DNA of 63,248 nucleotides, filler included, from Hausera hauseri (Eukaryota), in assembly GCA_046269625.1 (NCBI GenBank). It is 12 parts of 12 records of this genome, joined end to end, with 100 filler letters (N's around TTAATTAATTAA, not from the genome) between each part and the next. Parts side by side here need not be neighbours in the genome. Positions count along the whole stretch, not along the records: positions 10,498 to 14,672 come from JBJURY010720213.1; positions 14,773 to 20,083 come from JBJURY010282950.1; positions 20,184 to 24,389 come from JBJURY010702105.1; 9 more parts are not named here. One strand, written 5' to 3'. The translations under genes and the position numbers were made by a program. Positions 10,498 through 21,646 of this stretch are shown here, piece after piece. How positions within the stretch are numbered: the stretch's first letter is position 1; every line of letters begins with the position of its first letter. Under the pieces are notes generated by a model. It was given only the letters and a program-made list of their open reading frames with translations, did not search any database and had not been told where the DNA came from.

Positions 10498-13400
10498 AGA
10501 CAACAGCACATAAAATCGTCGGCAATTAAATATTATTTATATATTATTACATCCCATTTACTGTTGTTCATACTGCTTCTATATATTTCTAAAAAAAAGG
10601 AGACCAAAAAGCACAGCCCTTGTTGAGCACAACATCACCGCCCCGTGACAAAGCAACGAATGTGGAGGTAAGAAAGTGGAAAATGTGGAGGAACATTGTA
10701 GTCTGTCTAAGCGGTCTTTGTATGAATAAGACATTGAATACCATCAATATATAGTTCCTTACTGTAGATACTAAATGTGACTGATTTGCGGTGTTTCGAT
10801 GACTTTATATCTGCTTGCTGAGGTAATTGATGTAAAACAATATGGAATGTTGTCGTGTAAGATGTTGTGTCGTACAAGGACGAAAAAGGAAGGGAAGAAG
10901 GAGATGTAAAGGAAAAGGAAATGAAGATTGTTTGACTAGTAAAAATGGAGGTAGGAGCTGGTTTTGAAGTAGGATAGGAATTAGGCGTAGAGAGAGAGGA
11001 AGAAAGAGCAATAGATGAAGGAGCAGATATGGAGGTCGGAAGGGAAAAAGGTGTAGGGGGTGTAGAAACGGAGATAGGAATAGGCAAAGGAGTCAAAAAT
11101 GGTGTAGATGATTCAATTTTGGAATATCACGTACGAAAAAGGCAGGCTTGACGTTGTTTATATGCACCGCTAGTTCCTTACCGTCTTTAGAAATAATGAC
11201 ATTGTGGGAGTGCAATTTAACAAGTTTGTAGGGCCCCAAATGCCGTGGTTGAAAACCGCACGCATCTAGTTTCTCAATCAGACAAACTTTGCAGAATATA
11301 AATCATCAGGAGGGTACATTTTATTGTTATGTAGTATTCTGAAGAATGAATCTTTATTGACTGCGGCAAAGTGGTCCTGTGCTGCTCGGATCATTTCGTC
11401 TGTGGGTGTATCTTCCAAGACAGTTAGCCCAAATAATGAAAGTAAGGGGCTCTGAATAGGGCTTCGGTAGGTGAACATCCTGTAGAAGTGGATGGAGTGT
11501 TTCGCCAACCTAGCAGAACTAACGGAAGTAGGGCTGTCGAACTGTTATTGGATTCAACGAGGATTCTTAACCACGTTTTCGGTGTTCTGTGGAATCTTTC
11601 TAAAAGACCATTCGATTGGGGATGATACGGTGTTATGCGTATATGGCTGATTCCTAATCGATTAACGAGTGATTTAAACAGGTTGGATTCGAACTGAGGA
11701 CCTTGGTTTGTAATAATAAATCTAGGGGATCCAAACCTGCTGATCTATGTGCGGATGAAAACGTCGGCTATTGTTTCCGTGTTAGTGCTCTGCAGAGGGA
11801 CAGCTTCTGGCCATCGCGAGGAACGATCCATCATTGTCAAAATAAATTAATGACCGTTGTCAGGCTGGAGAGGGCTAACAAGATCTCTATGTACGGACTC
11901 CAAACGCGATGATATAGTGGTAGCCTCAAATGCCTGATGGTTTTAAATTTTTGGCAGGCCACATATTCCTTCACCCACGCTTGCACATCAGAACGCATAG
12001 ACGTCTAAATTACCTGTCGGTGAAGCAAGCGAAAAATGGCTTTAGCACAAAGATTATGTAGTGAATGTACGCTGTTGAATGCCTGTTTTTGCAAGGCCGG
12101 AGCTAAGATTATTTTAGCCTGTCCTGGTTTGGATGTGTCCAAAGCCACACCGTCAATGATATTGCAGGACGTAAAAGATTTAAGGATGTCTTGGGGTGGT
12201 TGGTTTTCCTGAAGCTGGTTTGGAGTAAAAATAGGCTTAAACTTAGTTGAGCTTACGGACCTAGATAAAAAGTCGGCGACCAAGTTGTTAGCGCTGTTGA
12301 TATGTTTTATTTCGAAATTAAATGTCGGCAAATATGAAATTTATCGTTCCTGTCGCGTAGAAGGATGTTTCATTACTATGATGTTTATTAGGTGTTTATG
12401 GTCGGTTTGTATGGTGAAACGCCGAGCAGTGAGCAAATGTTAAAAATGTTTTAAGGCAAAAACTATAGCTAGTAGTTCTCGGCCGAACGTGGAGTATCTG
12501 TTTTTAGAAGATGTTAGTTTGCGTGAAAAGAACTCCAGCGGTTGATTTTCGCCTAAAGCGGTAGTAGAGGCGTCTGTAGTAAGAATAAGCTCAGCGTCTG
12601 GCTTAGGGTATGCTAATATTTCGACAGTTTTTAGGCCTTCTCTTAACTTATGAAACTTATCTAGGAGTTCCGGCATACACTGTATTTTTTGATGCTTTAT
12701 TCCGCTACTTAGGTAAGCAAAGGGTGCGGTTAGATAGGAGCAGTATGGAACATATTTGTGGACAAAATGTAATGTGTCTAGGAAACTCCGAATTTCATTT
12801 GATGTTCGCGGTAATTGCACGTTTTTGAGGACTTCGACACGGTTAGGCTGAGGCGAATGTCCTTAGAGAGAGATAACGTGTCCGAGGAAATTTATGCGTC
12901 GTTTAAAGAAATGATATTTTGTAAAGTTTACTTGGAGGTTGTATTAGTGTAAACGGTGAAAGATGGATCGTAGATGTTCCTCATGCTCTTTGATGGATGA
13001 AGAAGCAACTAGAATGTCGTCAATGTAAGGATGAGCATAAGGAAGATAAAAAAATGGCATCTATGTGATGCGGAAAAGTTTGTGTTATTCCGTAGGCCAA
13101 AAGACACGTATAAGTATTTGTAAAGGCCGAAGGGTGTAGTAACGGTGGTTTTTTTGATATCTTCTGGTGCCACAGAGATTTAGTGATAAGCCCTTACCCA
13201 GTCAATAATGGAATAGATTGTGGTGGAATTGAGACGATGTGATGTCTTTTATCAATGTTAATGTGTACGTGTCCATTATATTCAAAGAGTTTAGTTGCCA
13301 ATAGTCACCACATGATCGCCACAATCCGTACTTTTTTGCATAACTTGTAAAGGAGAAGACCATGGTGACTTTGATCGACATACAATGCCGGAGTGTTCAA

Positions 13401-14672
13401 GATCTGGGAATTTGGCTTCAACCGCTTGTCTGCGTCAAGGTGATAATGGACGTACCTTTTGACGAATGAGCCTTTGGTGTTACGTAATGATGTGATGTAA
13501 AGTGCTATTTTTTGGTGTGAAAGACCTATCTTTCTGAATGACTCGAGCGCACGACATATTAAGGTACTGTTGCAGATTTTTCGACAATTGTAAAAGATCG
13601 GGTGAAAGCGAAATGGTTTTGTCATTAATAGTTGAAATTTGAAAGTTACTCAGTGGTTTAATATCTAAAAGTATTTGAGGTAGACTGGTTGTGTTGAAAA
13701 TTGTATCTGAGGTATTGCTTTTATCCTATGGTTTTACCGTAGTGGCAAAATCACACTTGTCGATATTCAATCTTGCTTCAGTTCCAAATCATATTTTAAT
13801 AATTTGTGAAATAATCGGTTTATTAGCTGGCATTTTCAGAATTGACTTCCTTGCGACACTAGTCCGTGCGACAAGTGAGACGCTATTTATCTGTTTGGTT
13901 TGATATTTAATGAAGGCACTTTTCAGATAACGTTGTTTACAATCCACTAAAAGATTGTAATGCGACAGAAAATCAGATCCAAGAATGACTGTCTAGACAT
14001 TTGCGACGGTAAATGTCCAATGAAACTCTGAGGAGAAATTTGGCAGGGTGAAGGAAAGTTTCGAAGTTCCGGAAACATGCAGTGGTTGTCCTGAAGCTGT
14101 AGAAAGAAATTTTATTTTAGATGTAACGTTTTGAACAGGAAAAGCAGCGGTAAAAGTGATATCGCAATGCCTGTGTCGATAAGGAAATTTATATATTGAG
14201 CTGTCGGTGCCATGGTAGAAGCTTTTAATGTGAACACTGCGAAAGAAAATTTTCGGCTATTAGAAAGTGAGAAGTGGCTGTCGCCAGTGCTTGCTGAGAG
14301 CTCTGACAGCGAAGTTAGTTTTTCTGAAAGAGGGGAACCAGGACGGCTGTTGGAAGCGGAGGTTGTCTATGCGATACTTCTGGATATAAAATTTGCATCC
14401 TATGTCAAATTTTTGTGTTTTGTTATCAAACTTACCGTGATAATAGCAAATCAATGAACGCCCAGTTGAAGGTGAACGACCATGAGATACAGAACGATAA
14501 CGACCAGAGATAAAACTCCTTCGCTGCGTCAGCGTAATTTCATCTAATTTGTTATTAATATTATTAATTGTCGCATTTTCAGCCCGTAGTTGATTTAATT
14601 GTTGTTCGAATGCTGTATTATTGTTGCTAACAGCTGCAGAAATGATGTGTTGTGCGTGTAAGTTCAAAACGT
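10498..14672 (-). mobile_element. Decayed Ty3/gypsy element (gag end, PR, RT, RNase H, IN, partial 3' LTR)
   Basis: CYYHGKF knuckle, FLIDTG protease (~14180), YIDDILVAS (~13020), TTDAS..RELLAI RNase H, N.VADFLSR and the integrase YHPQSNGL.ERFHR motif. A purine tract GGGGCGGTGA precedes TGTTG at ~10634. Confidence 0.92.
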
Positions 14673-14772
14673 NNNNNNNNNNNNNNNNNNNNNNNNNNNN
14701 NNNNNNNNNNNNNNNNTTAATTAATTAANNNNNNNNNNNNNNNNNNNNNNNNNNNNNNNNNNNNNNNNNNNN

Positions 14773-15290
14773 AACATTGCACATAACTTCGTCGAATACT
14801 CGAGGATAATTTTGTTCAAGTAATTTCCCACAACTTTCCAAAATTATACTGATGGAATTTATATTATCGACATTGGAGTTGTCCTTCAGTAGAACTTGTA
14901 GACAATGGAGGACGATTCTGCCATTGAGACAATTTTGAAGATACAATTTCGATATGAATCTCATGTTACCAAAATATGTGTCTTTTACTTGAGATATTTT
15001 CTCTTCTACACTTTCTTTGTATAGATTCTTCATTCGTTCGTCATTGTCCATCATTTGCACGAGATTTTGTTCAAAGAATAATTTGCATTTATTCAAAATC
15101 AGTGCCCGAAATGTTACCGTTTCACATTTCAAATCGAAAATTCGACTGCAGAATCTCGAATAGACTTTAGCGTATCCCGGTTCTTTGATGGCCTTATTGA
15201 ATATTTTATCACAGAGAAGTCCGACACTAGTTTCATCGGTAAAACTGCAACTTCTCAATTTTTTCAAACATGACTCGAAATTCTCTGGTT
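14773..15290 (-). pseudogene. eIF4G-type MIF4G domain fragment
   Basis: PENF..L, IFNKAIKEPGYAKVYSRFC, FRALILNKC, GNMRFISKLY and ILESCGKLLE. Confidence 0.85.
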
Positions 15291-15790
15291 CCGATTGCAA
15301 ATGTTGACAGTTTTTCTCTAAATTAGCTTTAATTTCTACCAACTCTTCTAATTCGACTTTTTTATCGTTAATCTTTTTGATTGCTTCCAAACAAGCTTCG
15401 ATGATACCAGAATCAAGAATATCACTTCCTGGTTTAAGACCTTGCCATTTATCTTTAAACTTTTCAATCTCTTGCTGAAACTGGTCTTTTTGTTAAAAGA
15501 CTGTCTCTCATCATCAATTGAAAATTTTCCATCATTAATTCAAACTTTGTCCATTTTTTATTGAATTTGAGCAACTGTATCAATGCCACCACCCGCTTTA
15601 TCTATTTGGGAACTTAGCCTAGTTCGATCTCTGTTAAATACTCCATATTTCTGGGTGTAGACGTACGCATAGAACTTTGATTGCATTTGTTAAATTTGCA
15701 TCAAAATTATCCACAGTTCCTTTGATATTTTTCCACAGTGAATTAAGAAGTGCGTCGGAATTGTTTTGAATTAAAGTATCAGCGGACATT
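15280..15790 (-). pseudogene. DYNC2H1: Cytoplasmic dynein-2 heavy chain tail fragment
   Basis: Across frameshifts it reads AGGGIDTV, KW.KFELMMENFQLMM and QEIEKFKDKWQGLKPG, matching the recalled DYNC2H1 tail AGGGLET..KWDKFELMMESHQLM..ELEKFKARWDQLKPG. Confidence 0.8.
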
Positions 15791-17173
15791 TTCGCAGGAA
15801 TGCAACTTACCGTGATACAATCTCATTCGATTTCGTTGTGTTTGTCTAGAGTTTATTTATTTTTTTCAATTCCAATACCAATTTATTAAAAATTACTCTG
15901 ATTTTATTCTATATTTTATTTCCTTGTTTTGTTATTATTGGAGGAAAAAAACTTTCAATTACTCGTTCAATTATTTTTCTCACGAATCCTACCAAAATCG
16001 GATTAATTTACTAACTACCAAGTCGGCAACGCGAGAACTCCCCAATCGCCCACTAAGAAGTATTGCGAAAGTGGAGCACTCGGTCAACCAAACGTGTCGC
16101 TTTAGGGCCTCAAAGAAAAACGCTATAAGATCTGAACACTCCTATAGCAATAGTGCGATTCTAGTACAAAATGCCTCAACACCTTTTTTTTACCTTTATT
16201 CTTTACCACTCAATTTTCAAAAAAAACTAAATTATCTCGCACCCAATAAGAGAAGTATAGAGCAAATAGACAACCGTAATAGTGGAGGCCCACTTAACAA
16301 AAAAAAACAAAAAGTACGATTTTATCAATTATTCTAAAAGTTTAGCAATCACAATTAGGAAACCGTGGCAATTGGACAAATAGTCCACGGTTTCTCTAAT
16401 AACATCCAAACTATTTTTTCAATCAGGCTATTTAGGGCCCTCAAAAAAAGTTAAAAAAAATAACAATTAAAGCACTTGATAAAATAATCTAAAAGAGAGA
16501 ATTGATACCCACTTGAAGATTTTCTTTCACTCTCCAAAGGTTGAGTCCTACCGATTTAAATGAGCTCTAAGGATGCTTGCGATCTCGAATGATACTCCTT
16601 CATTTTATAATAACAAGTCATTCGTTTCTTTCCTTTATTTTTCTACTTCTACTTCTAATTTGTGTAGTTATATATACTACTAACACACAAAAAATTACAA
16701 TACGTATCGCATAATCTCGCATTAGCATTGTGTACAACAAAAATTTAATTACAAGTAAAAAATCAGTGCATAGTGAAATTGTCTAATTAATAGACATCTT
16801 TGCGATTCACATTGCCTCAGAGGCAGTCAATTTCTAACAATACAAACGCGAATATTTCCTTTCACGCCTGTAAGTCATGCTACACTCGTCTCACATGTCC
16901 TCATCAGCTGAATTCACGTCTGAATACTCCCAACGATTCATCACTTAATTAATAATAATTACAACGGAGAGAAACTAATCAAATTATAACACAAGGGGGG
17001 CAAAATATCGTCTTCCACTGGCGATAAAAATCATAATTCATGGCTAGTCCAATACAATTTGATCAGTCCATGATGAAAATCCGTATCTGAAGTATGGCCT
17101 GTTTTCGATTGGATTCGTAATATGACGTCGGAAGCGATGGTAGCATCCGTGAATACTAATTGGTCAGCATTAT

Positions 17174-18277
17174 TCATGGTTTGAGATATCTGAAAGGATT
17201 TCTGTGCTGGGTGATGAAAGTATTGAGTGGTAATAATTGCATAGCGGGGCTATCAGCATCCGTCGGCACACGAGAGAATGACAAGGTAAGATCTGATGGT
17301 GGATTCTCGAAGAAAGAAAAGTGCTCCCAACTGCATTGTGGAATTGAAGATATGGGTGTATGCGGTAGTGTAGTTGCCAAGTTAGACAGGGCTTGTGGAC
17401 GCCAAGGAGGTAAAAGCCAGTTAAACAGGCGTCTTTCCTTATAAATATCGTGGACAATGAATATCATGTATTCAGCGTCCATTTTACCTGGTATAAAATA
17501 TTCGATCAATTTGTATATGATAGGAAAGGGTTTAAAGCCATTTTGGCTATAGTTGAGGTCAATATATCCCAGTAATAGCTTGGGTGAAAGGTGCCAAAGG
17601 TTCAGGAAATAGAGTGGATCGAAAGTAATCAATATTCTGCCATATATGGCACGTTGAACATGAGCTCTACAGAGAGCGAAATCTGGTGCGTGATCCAGGT
17701 CATCTAGAGATATACTATGACAATGTTTATCCACATTATCGATCTTTTCTCTAGGGCAAACAAATGTCTTGTATTTTACATCAAGTGGTCCATCAGGATC
17801 GGCATTAAGATCACCCAAGTAGATGTGAATTAATACAGGGAGACTGCCAGAGAATACCACGGCATAGCCGACAAAAATAATATCCTGGATAGGGTAGGAA
17901 TAAGGTGTCCGAATATAGGAATGTGGGGAAGGACTTGGGGGTTGGGGAAGCCAGTCGAGTTCATTTAGGGACATTTTTCCATTAATTGATGTATACAGAT
18001 AACGGCGCCAAGCTGGAATATCTAAATATTCTAGTTCTACATACGTAACCGAATTTTCTCTCATTAGAATAGTAAAGGTATGTGAACTCCAGACATCTGC
18101 TGTCAAAAAAATAGATTTAAACGAAGATAAGTATACTTTAAATACGGGCAAGGGTGATCTGTGGATCTCTAATACAATAGATCCTTTAATAACAGACAAG
18201 AGCATATCTTTTGGTTGCGACGGGAAGTTCTGAATGGAAAATTGTTGGTCTAAGATTTGTCTCATGGGGTATGGCAC
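17174..18277 (-). CDS. 367-aa orphan ORF with possible EEP (endonuclease/exonuclease/phosphatase) motifs
   Basis: YLGDLNA...TF...KIDNV...LDHAP appear in the order of the EEP motifs GDxN, T, IDY and SDHxP, but with compressed spacing. Confidence 0.4.
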   Translation of the reverse strand: MPYPMRQILDQQFSIQNFPSQPKDMLLSVIKGSIVLEIHRSPLPVFKVYLSSFKSIFLTADVWSSHTFTILMRENSVTYVELEYLDIPAWRRYLYTSINGKMSLNELDWLPQPPSPSPHSYIRTPYSYPIQDIIFVGYAVVFSGSLPVLIHIYLGDLNADPDGPLDVKYKTFVCPREKIDNVDKHCHSISLDDLDHAPDFALCRAHVQRAIYGRILITFDPLYFLNLWHLSPKLLLGYIDLNYSQNGFKPFPIIYKLIEYFIPGKMDAEYMIFIVHDIYKERRLFNWLLPPWRPQALSNLATTLPHTPISSIPQCSWEHFSFFENPPSDLTLSFSRVPTDADSPAMQLLPLNTFITQHRNPFRYLKP

Positions 18278-18286
18278 ATAATTGTG

Positions 18287-19990
18287 TTACCAATAAGAAA
18301 TTAATATGCAGCGGTCTTGCAGGCTATTACTTTTGAATTTATTTGGGATTGTAAACACAGAGGGATATTTAAGTGTAGTGTTACGAAGTGATGTATCGAA
18401 ACGTATGGACCGATACGTGGATCTAGAACGTAAGACCTCAAAAAGGAAAGGAATAAATGATCCTTTAGGCAAAGAAATGGGTAAACGTTGCATTTGTTGA
18501 ATATTGGCAAATTGAATACTTTGCCCGATATTACGGATTAGTGGGGCAAGCGTTAAAAAATAGGAAGTGTTGGGATAAGACGTAGAAGCGAGGGGTAAAA
18601 GAAGTAAGGGATAATGGATTGTATCCATAGTTTGCTCGACGGATGCTTCATCACTTTCAACACGGATAATGGACTGCACATAGGTTGCTTGCTAGGAAGG
18701 TATTGATGTCATACGAGGATATCTATCTTCACGGATGCAATAAGTTACTGGAATCACCTTGATACTCGATCGAACTAAAAAAATAAAGTGGGTGTTAGAC
18801 CATTGTGCATAGGCCTGAAAATAATAGGCCGTGGCCAACTTTAATTGTCATAAAATAGTTGTATAACCACTATCGGTTTGTCTATCGACAATCTCGCCGG
18901 GCACGAAATAATTCAAATTAAAGTTAACATCATATTGTGGTACATTTTCATATTCGTTTAAGTACTCTGTATAGAATGTCTCGTTGGATCTCTTAAGATA
19001 CACGGCAAGTGAAAAGCATATTATGATTACTATACCTGAAATGATGATTACTACCACCCATATGTAAAAGAGAGCGATTGAAGTTTTTCTTAGGTCTACA
19101 AGCGTACTAGTTGTTGAAGCAGGCATACGTGAGAAGAAATAGAAAGCAAACTTTTGTTTCCAATTTGAAAAATTTGGAAAGAATGGCATGGGCTTTTCCA
19201 CAAGTTTAGTAGTTATAAAATGCGTTACATTACCTCCATGGGTAGATAAATTTAATGAGAATTGATTAAATACTGATTTAATGGTTGTAGTCGGGCGATT
19301 TAGTTTTGTAGGTATGTGTCGTGAGTTTAACGTGCCAACTTTTGGTTTTATCCAGGGTGATGACCTAGATGAAAATAAATGCTTCAAGTTTAAGGTAGTA
19401 TTAATTATGACACGATGCGAGGGATCTATCAAAACAGCAAACTGGATCCTACACACAGAGGATCAAAAATGAATATCTTCTTTCTTTAATATTATAAGTC
19501 GAGGCGATGAAGGTCCAACAGACACCAACCAATGTTTCCCTATATATATGGCTTCCAACACTGGAAGGTTCCACCGTGTTCGTAAAACATCAATAAAAGA
19601 ATAAGGGATTGCTTTCCACAAAAATGACCCTGATGTATATAAAGATTGAACAGGGGGAATTAACCAATCGTGTATGAAATATACATTCGTCTCAGATATC
19701 GGGATAGTGATTCTGATCCATGTTGGCTTGTTATAGTATATAGGAAAACGTGGTAAATCGAGGGACAATTTTGGAGTAACTGTCCTTCTAGAAAAATTTA
19801 ATCTAATTCCTTCGATTTGTACCAAAACTCCAGATTGTCCCTCAGTCCATAAATACTGATAAGCTAAGAATGGTTCTCTGAAGATCCGAAACGATGGTGT
19901 TTGTAAAGGTGGTGTTTCCCACCTATCAACTACTGTCGTTGAGTCTTGATCAAGAAACGCGAAGGTTTGCTGCACTGTAGGTTTGTCCAC
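18287..19990 (-). pseudogene. Degenerate orphan ORF series including a type I membrane segment
   Basis: Three co-oriented ORFs, with TM IALFYIWVVVIIISGIVIIICFSLAVYL followed by a Tyr-rich tail. Confidence 0.45.
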
Positions 19991-20191
19991 GGGGTAAAAC
20001 CATGCGCCACCAGGCGATTCAATTGTACAAAGGCCAAGAAATTCTATTGACCGGTTATTCCAGATATGAAATATTAAAATTTTNNNNNNNNNNNNNNNNN
20101 NNNNNNNNNNNNNNNNNNNNNNNNNNNTTAATTAATTAANNNNNNNNNNNNNNNNNNNNNNNNNNNNNNNNNNNNNNNNNNNNATACCTTT

Positions 20192-21646
20192 TTATGAGGT
20201 GACTTGAAATTTATCGTCTGTAATTCCTTTTGCTAGATTCGTTCCTGTCAGCTTGTTGGGAACGGCAGTAATACCTCCATTAGGTAAACTAGCCCAATCT
20301 GTTTCACTGCGTCTAAACATCGGCTGTCCTAAGGTTGCTTCACAATTCTTAAGAATGGTTGGTTGTGTCGCGTTATCCAACAACACTCTCGTCAATGGTG
20401 TAGCTAATCTTGGAGTATTTTGATAAATAACAGGAAGTTCCTGGATACAACGTTTTTCTTCTACATTGATGGGAACTTCTCTCTTTTCACATTTATAGGT
20501 TAATAACACTTCGTCCGTAACTCGACCAAAGATTCCTTCTCTCATGGGAATTATTGGAGAAGCCAATTCTGGGTTCGCATATATAAGAGCCATTTTAGTT
20601 CTCATGATTTCTGTGTCCAATTTGCAGTCGTTCATTATCATTTTATGTTATAATTCCGTTATTCCGACTTGTCCTTTATAGTAGAAGTAATCGTCTCTAT
20701 TTTTTAGGTAGTCCTCAATCCGAACATCCTGCGTTTTCAATTTGTAAGTTTTTGCGTTTATTTCTGTTTCGGCTACGACAAACGCTTCATAGTTTGTGGC
20801 AAACATTACTACGTCGCAACGAGTCATCATCTCTTTTTTTATAAATTTTAGTCCATGCGGATCTGAGATTAATACAGTAGGTGTACGGTGTTCTGATACA
20901 TCTTCGCGTGTCCTTGAGTTAATTTCTGATTTATCCACATATCGTTTTCCGGTAGTTTCATTAAACTTTAGCTCCTCAATTTTGATGAAATTACAGCTTA
21001 TTCCAGGAGGAGGTTCCCATATTATAACCGAACTTCTAAAAGCACATGTTCCTTCTTGTAAATGGCATTTTTGATTCTCAGTGTATAACTTAGTGACGCT
21101 ATGAAACATTACCTTCTGTGATCGCATTTCTGACTCGTAGAAATCCACAACTACTACGTTCGGTTCCAATCCTTTTCCGGTATCGTATTCTGCTCCATTA
21201 CAATGTCCGGTGTGCATGTCCAGTCTTCCAGCCACTATTTTGTATGCTCTGATTATTTTTCCTGGTTGCATTTCTAATTGCATACTGCCCCATTGTGCCC
21301 TTCCGTTCTCTTTGGTTTGTTTGCAGTGCTGACGTTGTAGGTTCATTGGAATTAGCGGGGTAGTTGGCTTAATTATGGAGAAATATCCGTGTATCAGGCT
21401 GCAGTGGAAAATACTGCGGGATCGTCTCAACATGCACTCCATTCCGTTTAATGATATCAATTCTTGTTGTTGATACAGGAAATAACTTTTCTCTCTTGTT
21501 TCTAGTTTGTGCGGTCTAGCATCCTCGCATGTTTCCAAATCCATTAAAGAATATCTTTGGCCTAGTTTAAACTTATCGCAATTGTAGACGGTTACCATGC
21601 TTATGTACTTTATTAGCATCATTAAGATGAGCAAGCTAACTAGCCA
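20192..21646 (-). pseudogene. Chuvirus-like class III fusion glycoprotein ectodomain (env)
   Basis: Internal signal peptide, then VYNC..YSLMDLETC, C.LRRSRSIFHC, GHCNGAEY, CHLQEGTC..IIW and, after one stop, EVLLTYKCEKREV..CIQELPV..PLTRVL. This Cys/motif pattern matches recalled chuviral glycoproteins. Confidence 0.8.

Noticed and set aside
10707-11096. P/S/T-rich 129-aa ORF as an independent gene
   Set aside because: It is the low-complexity tail after the gypsy integrase.
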